The position numbers were made by a program, and so were the translations under genes. DNA of 63,331 bases, from contig CAYJVB010000002.1 in the NCBI GenBank assembly GCA_964373575.1, positions 1 through 63,331 on the forward strand, written 5' to 3'. The stretch comes from an uncultured archaeon. GTDB taxonomy: Archaea > Aenigmatarchaeota > Aenigmatarchaeia > CG10238-14. This document shows, piece by piece, positions 47,070 to 57,021 of this stretch. Positions within the stretch are counted from its first letter, which is position 1. Each line of letters starts with the position of its first letter. The notes beneath the pieces were generated by a model. It saw only the letters and a list, made by a program, of their open reading frames with translations. It was not told the DNA's origin and ran no database searches.

Positions 47070-49470
47070 TTGACGATAGAGCTTTTCTACATCGTGGAAT
47101 GTCACCTGTTGTTGAAGCAGTTTGCATGGGTAGTACATTGGTCTCATATGCATGGAGATGCAGAAGAGACCATTATTTGACAAAGGAGAAACTGGGGTTT
47201 TAAGAAATGACAGAAATTCCTTCTGTATTGCTTATTGGAGTTGGGTACTGGGGAGTGAATCATCTTCGGGTCTGGTTGAAACTTGAAGCGCAGGGAATGT
47301 GTCGTTTTTTGGGTGTAGTGGATACAAACCTGGAGCGACTTGAGAAGGTGCACAAAGAGTTTGGAGTGCGCACATTTTCGGATGATAGGAGCATTTCGCT
47401 ATGTGACATAGTGGATATTGCCGTGCCCACGTATGATCACTTTTACGTTGCCAAGAAGGCGTTGCTTGCTGGTAAGGATGTGATAGTGGAGAAGCCGCTT
47501 GCCGGAACGCTTGAACAAGCTCTTGAGCTTGAGAGGACTCATCGCGATTCATCGCAGGTCTTTATGGTCGGACATATTTTCCAGTACAATCCTGCGGTTG
47601 ATTACGTGAAGAAGGCCATAGCGAATGGAGAGATAGGGAAGGTTCGTTTTTTGCGGGGACGGTTTATGGGATATCGACAGAAGGAGCACGACGCTGGAAT
47701 TTTGGCTACAACGTCAATGCACTTCATATATCTTGCAAACTACATATTGGGTAAGTCGCCTTTGTCGATACGAGCAAAAGTAGATTACATTTTGGATGAT
47801 CGGTTGGATGATTTTAGTTATATTAGGCTTGACTACAGTCCAGAGTTTTGTGTAATTGAGTCGGACTGCTTTACGCCAGGCAAATGGAGAACATTTGACA
47901 TCATAGGATCTGAAGGTGTGATTTTTTTGGACACACTTGCTCAGCGCGTGGAGGTCCATAGGAAGAAACACGCGAATGTAAACGGCCAGTTTATGCCACT
48001 TGAGGGAGATACACATATTCCACATATACAATTTCAGGAGCCTTTGGTTCTCGAGCTTGAACATTTCTTGCAGTGCATAAAAGAGCATCGACAGCCTATG
48101 ACGGGTATTAAAGAGGCAGTAGAAGTGGTGAAAATAATTGATGCGGCGTACAAGTCATCGCGCACAGACAAAACAGTCAGTTTAATAGATAATGGTTTAG
48201 CGATGCAAAAAAATATAAAATGTCAAATTTGCGGAAGTCGCGAAGTTAACAAGTTCTTGGATTTAGGAGACCACCCACCATGCGATTTTCTTACAAAGGA
48301 ACAGATAAGTGATGAGAAAAAATATCCGCTTGAAGTTTACAATTGTAGGAATTGTAGTTTGGTTCAGATTGGCCAACCGGTGGATCAGAAAATCTTGTTT
48401 AAAGACAATTACCATCACATTGCTGCCCTCTCTTCAAGTTTTAAGAAACATCTTGACGTTTTGGCAGGAAATATCGTAGATAGGTTTGGTCTAACCAAGA
48501 ACGATCAAATGGTTGAGCTTGGGTCAAACGACGGGGCTCTTATGGAAGCTTTTCGTGATCGCGCCGTGAGGGTTTTGGGGGTTGATCCTTCTGACGTGGC
48601 GAAGATCGCAAATGACAAAGGACTAACAACAATTGTTGATTATTTTGATGAAGATCTTTCTAAAAGAATAGTAGGTGAGTATGGTAGGGCGAAAGTAGTT
48701 ACGGCTCTTAATACATTTGCGCACGTAACACATTTAGACACAGTGATGAAGGGTATTAGGAATTTACTTACAGACGACGGTGTATTTATTAGTGAGAGCC
48801 ACTATGTACTCGATTTGATTAAAGGGTTGCAATACGATTTTATTTACCATGAACACTCTCGCTACTACTCTATAAAATCTCTGGTGCATCTTTTTGGAAG
48901 GTTCGACATGGATGTGTTTGATATTGAGAGAATACCGACTCATAGCGGATCGATCCGAGTGTTTGGGTGCAAGAAGGGGGCATATCCAATATCTGAGAGA
49001 ATGACCTCGCTTCTGAAGGAGGAGGAAGAGTTTGGATTATCCAGACAAGAGACATACGAGAAATTTGCGGCTAGAGTTGATGCTCACATTAAGAGTTTTA
49101 AAAAACTGCTCACAGATATAAAGGCTAAAGGTCACACAATTGCTGGTCTTACATTTCCAGCGCGGGCTAATACGCTTCTTGGTGCAACGGATATTGGATC
49201 TGAGACTATTGATTACATTACTGAATTTTCCACTATCAAGATAGGGAAGTACTCACCAGGTTCGCATATTAAAGTTGTTGATCAAGAAATTTTATTTGGC
49301 GATGACGCGCCTGATTACGGGGTGCTTCTTAGTTGGCACATAGCGGACGAAATTATTCCAAGGTTCCGAGCGAAGGGTTTTAAGGGAAAGATTATTGTTC
49401 CTTTACCTGAGCCAAGAATTTTGGATTAAACAAGGATCTTTGGTAGTGACCGAGGTTATATATTGTTATA
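47070..49470. other. compositionally distinct, higher-G+C segment carrying a single fusion gene
   Basis: By eye the sequence shifts from roughly 30% G+C to clearly G/C-richer codons across this gene and its leader. This was not computed. Confidence 0.5.
47207..49429 (+). CDS. fusion protein: Gfo/Idh/MocA-family NAD(P) oxidoreductase (N-terminal ~330 aa) + TylC3-like NDP-hexose C-methyltransferase (C-terminal ~400 aa)
   Basis: N-terminus: LLIGVGYWGVNHLR Rossmann and EKPLA motif. C-terminus: CQICGS...CRNCSLVQ Zn ribbon and MVELGSNDGALM SAM motif, colinear with 6942-8222 and 21699-22964. Confidence 0.85.
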   Translation: MTEIPSVLLIGVGYWGVNHLRVWLKLEAQGMCRFLGVVDTNLERLEKVHKEFGVRTFSDDRSISLCDIVDIAVPTYDHFYVAKKALLAGKDVIVEKPLAGTLEQALELERTHRDSSQVFMVGHIFQYNPAVDYVKKAIANGEIGKVRFLRGRFMGYRQKEHDAGILATTSMHFIYLANYILGKSPLSIRAKVDYILDDRLDDFSYIRLDYSPEFCVIESDCFTPGKWRTFDIIGSEGVIFLDTLAQRVEVHRKKHANVNGQFMPLEGDTHIPHIQFQEPLVLELEHFLQCIKEHRQPMTGIKEAVEVVKIIDAAYKSSRTDKTVSLIDNGLAMQKNIKCQICGSREVNKFLDLGDHPPCDFLTKEQISDEKKYPLEVYNCRNCSLVQIGQPVDQKILFKDNYHHIAALSSSFKKHLDVLAGNIVDRFGLTKNDQMVELGSNDGALMEAFRDRAVRVLGVDPSDVAKIANDKGLTTIVDYFDEDLSKRIVGEYGRAKVVTALNTFAHVTHLDTVMKGIRNLLTDDGVFISESHYVLDLIKGLQYDFIYHEHSRYYSIKSLVHLFGRFDMDVFDIERIPTHSGSIRVFGCKKGAYPISERMTSLLKEEEEFGLSRQETYEKFAARVDAHIKSFKKLLTDIKAKGHTIAGLTFPARANTLLGATDIGSETIDYITEFSTIKIGKYSPGSHIKVVDQEILFGDDAPDYGVLLSWHIADEIIPRFRAKGFKGKIIVPLPEPRILD

Positions 49471-49491
49471 GTTTTTCGATAATTATTTCAC

Positions 49492-50153
49492 TTAGAAATT
49501 AATCTTGTCTCTTTTTTCTAAATATTTAAGAACTTCATCTAATGGAGCAAGATGGCCTCGCTCATGATAATAATCTATCCGTTTTAATTCCTTTTGAATA
49601 TGCCCTATTCTAGTGCCTACAGATTCACCTTGTGAATGCCTAATTTCTTCTCCCCAATCCATAGTTTTCCCAACTCTGTTATATATTGCAAGGCCGGGAT
49701 ATTCTTTAAGAGCTACACTAACAGCTGTAATAAATGCGCGAAGCTGATGAAAAGGTGGAGCTGTTATATAAATATGCTTCCATCCAGAAACTTTTGCTCC
49801 TCTTATCAAAGCTTGTGATTCGCTACGAGTGTTAAGCCTTACGTCATACGATATTATACGGGCTATATTTTCTTTGGCCACCCGCGATTAATAAACTCTT
49901 GATACCAATTTTTGAATCCTGGATAACCATGTTTCGTCTCTCCATCACAGATAGCGACAGTCTTTACACTTTCTCTGTTGTACAAAACTGCACCAATATT
50001 AAGAACTGAAGCCTGATTATCAGAAGTCTGTGTATACAAATAGACAGCATCAAGTTTCCGTGCTGAAGGTTCTCGGTCACAAATCACTCTAATTGCAAAT
50101 TCAATTCCACTTTCAGTCGAACCAAAGTATTTCATTATTACCATCTTCAACAT
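49492..50153 (-). pseudogene. DUF218/YdcF-like gene split by a 1-nt frameshift
   Basis: ORFs 49863-50153 and 49492-49881 overlap by 19 nt in different frames. Read across the junction they give ...QEFINRG|VAKENIARIISYDVRLNTRSESQAL...ITAPPFHQLRA, the DUF218 pattern. The shift sits at a G-run (plus-strand CCC 49881-49883). Confidence 0.65.
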
Positions 50154-50297
50154 TCTTTACTGACCTCATGTCTTATTTTTATCTTATTTATTCTTTGTTG
50201 TAACAATCTAAGCAATAAATATTTTCTAAAACTGTTTGTTCAAAAAATCAAAACACTTAAATATCCTTTTTCAAAAAAACAGTTATAGGATGTCCTT

Positions 50298-50522
50298 ATG
50301 GCGAAAGATAAGAAGGGGTTACCATTAGCACCACTTGAAAGACTATTAAGAAAAGCTGGGGCAAAAAGGGTATCGAAAGGTGCTGTGAAAGAGTTTTCAA
50401 ATAGGCTAGCTGATTATGTTATTCGGTTATCTGCTGAAGCCGCTACATTAGCTAAACATGCTGGAAGGAAGACAATCATCGAGTCTGATGTCAAAATGGC
50501 TAGAAGAAAGGTTTTGAAGTAA
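50298..50522 (+). CDS. archaeal histone (HMf family)
   Basis: LPLAPLERLLRKAGAKRVS...AKHAGRKTIIESDVKMA histone fold, 74 aa. Confidence 0.9.
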   Translation: MAKDKKGLPLAPLERLLRKAGAKRVSKGAVKEFSNRLADYVIRLSAEAATLAKHAGRKTIIESDVKMARRKVLK

Positions 50523-50567
50523 TTTCATCTATTTCAACTTTTTGGCACATAATTCTATCGTGGTTGA

Positions 50568-51566
50568 GTGTTTGATTTAGATTATATACTAGCTGAAGTA
50601 GAAAAAAAATCCTCTTTGAATAAAGAAGAATTGCTGGAGAGGATAAAGACTAAGCAGGTAGAGTTGTCAGGTTTGGTTTCAATCGAAGGTGCTACACACC
50701 TTGTGGCTAGAGAACTTGGTATTGATTTGCTGAAGATAACGAACAGACCAATAAAAATAAAAGATATTCAAAATGGCATGAGGAACCTCAATGTAAAGGG
50801 GAGGGTGATCAACATAACAGACGTAAAGGAGTTTCAAAAAAAAGATGGAAGTAGAGGCAAAGTATGCAATATTGTTATTACAGATGGTACAGGCAATATA
50901 AGGATTCCTATTTGGGATAAACAGGTTGACGGTGTCATTGAAAATATTAAAACAGGGGATGTCGTTTTAGTTAAGGATACTCTTGCAAGACAAAACAACT
51001 TTGGAGATGTAGAATTGAATCTGCTTAAGACTTCTGTGTTAGAAAAAACGATGGATGATAGTTCTATACCAACTGCATATGCTAATGTTAAAAAAAATTT
51101 TCAGAGACTTTACATTAAAGACGCTAAAGAAGGTTATTCGGAGATTAGGGGTTGCATTGCAGATGTATTCAATACGAATCCCATTTTTTTAATATGCCCT
51201 GTTTGCAAAGCAAAAGTTGAAAATAAGACGTGCCAAACACATGGATTAGTCGAACCGGAAGTCACAATGATTGTCACAGGTATAATTGATGATGGTACAA
51301 GCAATATAAGGGTTGTTTTTTTCAGAGATAAGGCGAAAGATGTGACAGAACTGGATGCGAATAAACTTCAGGGATTGAATCAAGATGAGATAATTAACAT
51401 AATTAAAGAGAAATTACTAGGAAATGAGTATGTTGTAAAGGGGAGGATACAAAAGAATAAGATTTTTGATACATTGGAAATGATTGTAGATGACGTGGAT
51501 GAGATTGATATAGAAAAGGAGAGTAAAGGACTTATAGATGAAATTGAAAGTTTTAAGTGGTATTGA
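50568..51566 (+). CDS. replication protein A-like ssDNA-binding protein (OB folds + Zn finger)
   Basis: N-terminal RPA-like helical region, two OB-fold-like segments (VKGRVINI...; [11 protein letters not shown]...) and [20 protein letters not shown] start. Confidence 0.7.
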   Translation: MFDLDYILAEVEKKSSLNKEELLERIKTKQVELSGLVSIEGATHLVARELGIDLLKITNRPIKIKDIQNGMRNLNVKGRVINITDVKEFQKKDGSRGKVCNIVITDGTGNIRIPIWDKQVDGVIENIKTGDVVLVKDTLARQNNFGDVELNLLKTSVLEKTMDDSSIPTAYANVKKNFQRLYIKDAKEGYSEIRGCIADVFNTNPIFLICPVCKAKVENKTCQTHGLVEPEVTMIVTGIIDDGTSNIRVVFFRDKAKDVTELDANKLQGLNQDEIINIIKEKLLGNEYVVKGRIQKNKIFDTLEMIVDDVDEIDIEKESKGLIDEIESFKWY

Positions 51567-54010
51567 TGACTGACAAAAAAAAGATTAAGTTGGAAGATAT
51601 TCCTGGAATAGGGCCGAAATTGGCTGAAAAACTGGAAGAATCTGGATTTACTGATCCTATGAATATTGCAGTTTCGTCGCCTGGCGAGTTAGCTGCTATT
51701 TTGGAGATTGGTTCTGCTTCAGCTATTAAAATCATTAATAGCGCGAGACAAATACTGGAGATGGGTTTTGTTTCGGCTGATAAAGTTTGGGAACAGCAAC
51801 AAAAGGCATTGAAGATAACTACTGGTTGCAAGGCATTGGATGAGTTACTTGGTGGTGGAATACAAACACAGGCGATAACTGAAATGTTCGCTCAATTTGG
51901 ATGTGGAAAAAGTCAATTAGGATTTCAACTTTCTGTTAACGTACAATTACCTGTTGAGAAAGGTGGGTTGAAGGGCAACACGCTTTTTGTTGATACTGAA
52001 AATACATTCAGATCCCAGAGAATTATTGATATGGCTACGGCTATGGGACTTGACATTGAAAAGACTTTGAAAAACATTTTTGTAGCTAGGGCTTATACTG
52101 TAGATCATCAAGTTTTCTTGGTTGATAAAGCATATGAAATGATTGAAGAAAAAAACATTAAGCTGCTAGTAGTTGATTCATTAACCTCTCACTTTAGATC
52201 TGAGTATGTTGGAAGAGGTGAACTGGCGCCAAGGCAACAGAAACTGAACAAACATTTACACGCACTGCAGAAGCTGGCTGATACTTATAATCTTGCTGTA
52301 TATGTCACAAATCAAGTTTTGGCTAATCCGGCTATTCTGTTTGGCGATCCGACTACTCCTGTTGGAGGGCATGTATTAGCGCATCAATGCTTACCCGCAG
52401 ATACTTTAGTTCAGCTATCAGACGGATCTATTTCGAAAATGAAAGATTTACACAATCCATTAGAATTAACATCTTCGGATCTCAACAACACACTCCAAAC
52501 AAGAAATGGCAAGATAGATGGTGTTTTTGTAAACAAAAATATACCACTTATTTACGAAATAGACTCTAATTTTACTGTTAAAGCCTCACCAGAACACACT
52601 TTCTTTAAGATTGATGGATGGAGAATAATTGAAGTTCCTGCCAAAGAGTTGGTTCCAGGCGATTTTACAGCGTATGCAGGAAAGATAGAATTAAGCGGCA
52701 AAAAGCAAAAACTACCTCAAATCGAACTGGTTACTTTAATTAAGTTAACAAAGGATGGTTCTGATAAATTAGTTCAAGAGTTGAGAACGAAAAAAATCAC
52801 ACGTGAACAAGCCGCTAAACTGATGGGTATAAAGCCACGTCAACTGAGAAGAGTCCTAAATCAATCATATCCAACAGATAAAAAACGACTTGAAATATTG
52901 ATGAACAGCCTTGACTTGGATAAGACTTTCTTGGATAAAACCACTGTTGTTTATTCAAATAAGTATAGGCACATTGTATTGCCTAGATTTCTTGATAGGA
53001 ACTTGTCACAAATCATAGGGTATTTCATTGGTGATGGTAATTTTGACTTGCATTCTATAAGAATTAGGGATAGCAGGAAAGATGTTTTGGTTGAATATAA
53101 TTTGCTATTCAAAAAAATATTTAACTTGGAAGGTATCATTAAGCCAGTAAGCAGCAAAAATTGTTATCAACTTTCTATTAATAGTGTCATCATTAAAAAC
53201 TTTTTGTCGTATATTATTGATAACCTATATTCACTTGTACCCAAGTCTGAATTAGACTGCATTTCTGCTTTTGTCAAGGGTTTTGCAGATGCAGAGGGCT
53301 ATGTTGGAGAGAATGGTTCAATACAAATCTCGCAGAAAAATAAGGAGATACTTGAGTTTATTCAACTACTTTTACTTAGGTTTGGTATTGTTTCTAAAAT
53401 CTCTAGTCCTGACAAAAACGGAGTATATAAGATCATCGTATCTGGTACTAATGTGAAATTATTCCTTGATAATATAGGATTGACCGCAAAGGATAAATTT
53501 GAAAAACTTTCTAAAGTTTCAAAGTATTATAAGTATCGTAAAGACATAATTCCTGTGAATCGTGAAAATATCTGGAACTTGATTAAGCAGTTGGAGATAT
53601 TCCCATCACATGTTATGAAATACAGAAAATCTGGTAAGATGTATAAATATATAACAAGAAGAGAATTAGGGATTGTTTTGAGAAAATTAAATGATCTAAA
53701 TTTGAAAATTAATGATGTTTATATTAAACAAAAAATTGATTTTCTTAAGAAATTGTTTGATTCTAATATTGGTTGGCAAAAAATACGAAAAATAAACGTT
53801 TTGGTAAATAAGGATCCGCTTTATGATATATCAGTATCTCCAACAAAGAATTTTATAGCTAATGGTTGTTTGGTTCATAATAGTACATACCGCGTGTATT
53901 TGAGAAAATCTAGTGGCGACAAAAAGATAGCTAAAGTAATGGATGCACCTGACCTGCCGATTGGTGAGTGTGTATTTAAAGTTACTTCTGAAGGCATAAG
54001 GGATGCGTAA
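51566..54010 (+). CDS. radA: DNA repair and recombination protein RadA, interrupted by an intein
   Basis: HhH region [20 protein letters not shown], Walker A FGCGKSQ, Walker B LLVVDS. The conserved GGHVLAHQ | [10 protein letters not shown] is split by 498 aa. The extein sum is about 316 aa. Confidence 0.9.
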   Translation: MTDKKKIKLEDIPGIGPKLAEKLEESGFTDPMNIAVSSPGELAAILEIGSASAIKIINSARQILEMGFVSADKVWEQQQKALKITTGCKALDELLGGGIQTQAITEMFAQFGCGKSQLGFQLSVNVQLPVEKGGLKGNTLFVDTENTFRSQRIIDMATAMGLDIEKTLKNIFVARAYTVDHQVFLVDKAYEMIEEKNIKLLVVDSLTSHFRSEYVGRGELAPRQQKLNKHLHALQKLADTYNLAVYVTNQVLANPAILFGDPTTPVGGHVLAHQCLPADTLVQLSDGSISKMKDLHNPLELTSSDLNNTLQTRNGKIDGVFVNKNIPLIYEIDSNFTVKASPEHTFFKIDGWRIIEVPAKELVPGDFTAYAGKIELSGKKQKLPQIELVTLIKLTKDGSDKLVQELRTKKITREQAAKLMGIKPRQLRRVLNQSYPTDKKRLEILMNSLDLDKTFLDKTTVVYSNKYRHIVLPRFLDRNLSQIIGYFIGDGNFDLHSIRIRDSRKDVLVEYNLLFKKIFNLEGIIKPVSSKNCYQLSINSVIIKNFLSYIIDNLYSLVPKSELDCISAFVKGFADAEGYVGENGSIQISQKNKEILEFIQLLLLRFGIVSKISSPDKNGVYKIIVSGTNVKLFLDNIGLTAKDKFEKLSKVSKYYKYRKDIIPVNRENIWNLIKQLEIFPSHVMKYRKSGKMYKYITRRELGIVLRKLNDLNLKINDVYIKQKIDFLKKLFDSNIGWQKIRKINVLVNKDPLYDISVSPTKNFIANGCLVHNSTYRVYLRKSSGDKKIAKVMDAPDLPIGECVFKVTSEGIRDA
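52388..53881 (+). mobile_element. class 1 intein with LAGLIDADG homing endonuclease domain inside radA
   Basis: Starts with Cys ([14 protein letters not shown]), has a block B-like SPEHTF, and ends ...NGCLVHN followed by Ser+1. LAGLIDADG motifs [11 protein letters not shown] and [12 protein letters not shown]. Confidence 0.85.
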
Positions 54011-54042
54011 CAATTTAAAAATGATTTGTTATTTAATGATAC

Positions 54043-54678
54043 ATGGTCATAAAAGTTCTTGTTTTTGATTTCTGGAATACTATAATCGGTAATAGTGATG
54101 AGCAGTATATTAAAAAAATTGTTGACATACTAGGATTTCCTGATCAAAAAAGTTTTTGGAAATTTTGCGATGCTCATTGGTTTCCAACTAAAATGACAAT
54201 GCAAGAATTTTTCACTTATGTTTGCAAGCTGAAGAAAGTTGATAAGTCTTTTGTTGGTGAATTGGCTGAAAATTACAACAATGCATTGAGAACAGTAAAA
54301 CCATTTCCTGATGCTGTTCCGACTTTGGATGAGTTGAGAAGCAAATACAATCTTGTTTTGCTTTCCAATACTGCTTTGGAGGAAGGTAATAAAGCTTTAG
54401 ATGATTTTAATCTCAGACAATATTTCTATGATATTCTTTTATCTCCTGAATTTGGTGTTGCAAAACCGAATCTAGAATTTTTCCAGAAGGTTTTGGATAA
54501 TAGCAATGTTTCACCGTCCGAGGTGTGTATTGTTGGGGATGATATAGATAACGACATAATACCTGCTAGAAGGATTGGATTTAGGACAATATTGATTGAT
54601 AGGGAGGGAAAATATGCTGATCATGAGTCGCCTGATATTATAATTAGATCGTTGAATGAACTTAAAAATGTTATTTAG
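54043..54678 (+). CDS. HAD-superfamily hydrolase
   Basis: Motif I variant VFDFWNT (second Asp replaced, as in dehalogenase-like members), LLSNT, K...GDDIDNDI. Confidence 0.75.
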   Translation: MVIKVLVFDFWNTIIGNSDEQYIKKIVDILGFPDQKSFWKFCDAHWFPTKMTMQEFFTYVCKLKKVDKSFVGELAENYNNALRTVKPFPDAVPTLDELRSKYNLVLLSNTALEEGNKALDDFNLRQYFYDILLSPEFGVAKPNLEFFQKVLDNSNVSPSEVCIVGDDIDNDIIPARRIGFRTILIDREGKYADHESPDIIIRSLNELKNVI

Positions 54679-55600
54679 AATGTTTTCTTGTATTTGAAGC
54701 AAAAAATGCTCCAGTTAATGCAAGTAATGATCCTATTAAAAATAAGACTGTCATTTTGTCTCCAAAAAATAAAATTCCTGTGAGAACAACAACTGGAAAT
54801 TGGATGTACAACGATATACCACTGAAAAATACGGATGTTCTTTTGATCCCCTATTGATAAAGGAAGAAATTTAGTATAGAACCGAATATAACCAGGTAAA
54901 GTATTTCGAAAAAATTAGTTATTGTGAAGGATTGTGGAATTATGCTATTCCCCCTTATTACTTCAATAAAACCTAATATGGAGAATAGAACTGCTCCTGA
55001 TAGAAGCGTACTGAAAGTTAGTGTCAATGAGTCAAATTCTTTACTTAAATATCGTGAGCCAATAAAATAACCCGCAGTTAGTAATGCAGATATAATTACC
55101 ATTTTGTTTCCTGTGGTATTACCAAATCGATAGTCTGTATTTCCTTTGAATATCGGTTGTAAAATAATTAGTGTCAATCCAATTAAGCCTATAACAAAGC
55201 CAACCAATTGAATTTTGCTTATTTTTTCTTTCAAGAGGAAAATAGAGCCAATTGTTGTTGTAATTGGTACACCTAATGTTATTGCTTGCGCACTTGAAAT
55301 TGTGGTGGAATTAATTCCGTATACATAAAATAAGACTCCAAGTGGAATTAATGATGCAATTGAAAAAAGCTTGATTAATGATTTTATGTTATAAGATAAT
55401 TTTTTTCTGCTAAAATAATATAAACTGAAAAGAACTGATGCCAAGACAAAACGCCAAAACAATAACGCAAATGGCGTGAAATCTCTTAAGGCAAGTTTTT
55501 GTACAGGTGCTGCTAAAGCCCAAATTATTGCTGCAATAACAATTGCTAACTGTCCTCTGAATGTTTTGTTTGATAAACTTTGTCTAAATTTTAGAAGCAT
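54671..55600 (-). pseudogene. EamA/DMT-family transporter interrupted by an in-frame TAG
   Basis: The track ORF 54851-55600 ends ...ILNFFLYQ*. The same frame continues GIKRTSVFFSGISLYIQFPVVVLTGILFFGDKMTVLFLIGSLLALTGAFFASN..., the expected last two helices of an EamA repeat, up to the TAA at 54671-54673. The total of 310 codons equals a normal EamA length. Confidence 0.6.
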
Positions 55601-55661
55601 TTTAATCTATATTCATTAATTCATTGGTTAAATTTATACTTATTATATTAATAGTGATTTA

Positions 55662-56948
55662 ATGCGTGTAATTTTTGATGGTCAATTACACTCAAAATAT
55701 TCTAGGGCCACAAGTCAAAACATGAATATTGAAGGTTTATCAGAAGGTGCTCGAATAAAAGGTCTTAATCTTCTCGGAACAGGAGATTTCACTCATCCTT
55801 TATGGTTTAATGAATTGAGAAACAAACTAGAAGAGTTATCCGGTTTAAGTCTTTTCGTCTTTAATGAAATTTATTTCATGTTAACAGGTGAAGTTTCTAC
55901 AGTTTATGAACAAGATAAAAAAATAAGAAAGGTTCATCATGTTCTGTCAGCACCGTCTTTCGAAATTGTGGATCAAATTAATGATGAATTAAAGAAATTT
56001 GGAAATTTATCCATTGATGGAAGACCAACTTTATCTACGACTTCGCCAGAGATTGTTGAGGTTTTGATGGGGATTAGTAGAGATATTATTATATATCCTG
56101 CGCACGTATGGACACCCTGGTTTAGTGTTTTTGGAAGTAAATCTGGATTTGACTCAATGGAAGAATGTTATCAGGATCAAGTTAATCATATTTTTTCTTT
56201 AGAAACCGGATTAAGCTCAGATCCTACAATGAATTGGAGATTATCTTCTTTGGATAAATTTACTCTCCTTTCTAATAGTGATAGTCATAGTCCAAACCCT
56301 TGGAGACTTGGTAGAGAATGTAATGTTTTTGATTTGTCTAAAGTATCATACCAAGAATTGTGGGAAGCAGTCAAAAAGAAAGATAAAAAGAGATTTCTTT
56401 TCACGATAGAGGTCGATCCAAATTATGGAAAATATCATTATACAGGTCACAGAAACTGCAAAATTAGTTTACACTCTAACGATGCTATCAAGATAAATAA
56501 CAAATGTCCTGTTTGTCGACGCAACCTTACTGTTGGTGTATTACAAAGAGTGGAACAACTAGCTGATAGGCCAGATGGTTACATACCTGAAGACGCTATT
56601 CCATTTAAAAACTTATTGCCACTATATGAAATAATTTCATACGTCACAGGAACTAAACAGCTTTACTCAAAGAAAGTTATAGAAGAGCAAGACAGACTTT
56701 TAAAAACTTTTGGAAACGAATTAACAATATTGTTGGATGTATCTAAAGAGGACTTAATGAAAATAACTAATGAAAAAATTGCTAATGCTATTTTAAAGGT
56801 AAGAGAAGGATTAATACAGTATGTTCCTGGCTACGATGGCGTTTATGGCGAACCGATTTTTGGAAATGGCGGGGAGAATGAATCTAATGAAAAACAAAGA
56901 AATATATTGAGAGAACAAAAAACAATTTTTGATTTCAAGGGCTCATAG
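55662..56948 (+). CDS. endonuclease Q-like PHP-domain protein with C4 zinc finger (TIGR00375-like)
   Basis: YSRATS, GLNLLGTGDFTHP, HVWTPWFSVFGSKSGFDSMEECY, ETGLSSDP, SNSDSHS, HYTGHRNC...CPVCRRNLTVGVLQRV. Confidence 0.7.
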   Translation: MRVIFDGQLHSKYSRATSQNMNIEGLSEGARIKGLNLLGTGDFTHPLWFNELRNKLEELSGLSLFVFNEIYFMLTGEVSTVYEQDKKIRKVHHVLSAPSFEIVDQINDELKKFGNLSIDGRPTLSTTSPEIVEVLMGISRDIIIYPAHVWTPWFSVFGSKSGFDSMEECYQDQVNHIFSLETGLSSDPTMNWRLSSLDKFTLLSNSDSHSPNPWRLGRECNVFDLSKVSYQELWEAVKKKDKKRFLFTIEVDPNYGKYHYTGHRNCKISLHSNDAIKINNKCPVCRRNLTVGVLQRVEQLADRPDGYIPEDAIPFKNLLPLYEIISYVTGTKQLYSKKVIEEQDRLLKTFGNELTILLDVSKEDLMKITNEKIANAILKVREGLIQYVPGYDGVYGEPIFGNGGENESNEKQRNILREQKTIFDFKGS

Positions 56949-56995
56949 TCTACCGGCTAGGACATCACCTTCACAATTAATGGAAACGGTGAAGA

Positions 56996-57014
56996 AGAGA
57001 GTTCAATTCTCTCT
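56996..57014. terminator. perfect 6-bp stem / 7-nt loop hairpin between convergent genes
   Basis: AGAGAG-ttcaatt-CTCTCT. A second 6-bp stem (CTTCAC...GTGAAG) lies just upstream. A role in archaeal termination is unproven. Confidence 0.2.
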
Positions 57015-57021
57015 GGGCCCA

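Noticed and set aside
47100-47170. GGTCTC...GAGACC inverted repeat and a duplicated TGCATGG in the leader of the fusion gene, as possible insertion scars.
   Set aside because: The motifs are short (6-7 bp), no matching repeat lies at the other end of the G+C-rich patch, and no mobility gene is present.
47232-48088. 106-aa and 124-aa antisense ORFs inside the G+C-richer fusion gene.
   Set aside because: Long shadow ORFs are expected in a higher-G+C gene, and the sense frame carries clear Gfo/Idh/MocA and methyltransferase motifs.
54851-54853. In-frame TAG of the EamA gene as pyrrolysine or a reassigned codon.
   Set aside because: TAG terminates other well-defined genes in this window (24677-24679, 56946-56948, 42885-42887), and no pyl genes are visible. 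A nonsense mutation, a sequencing error or low-level read-through is more parsimonious.
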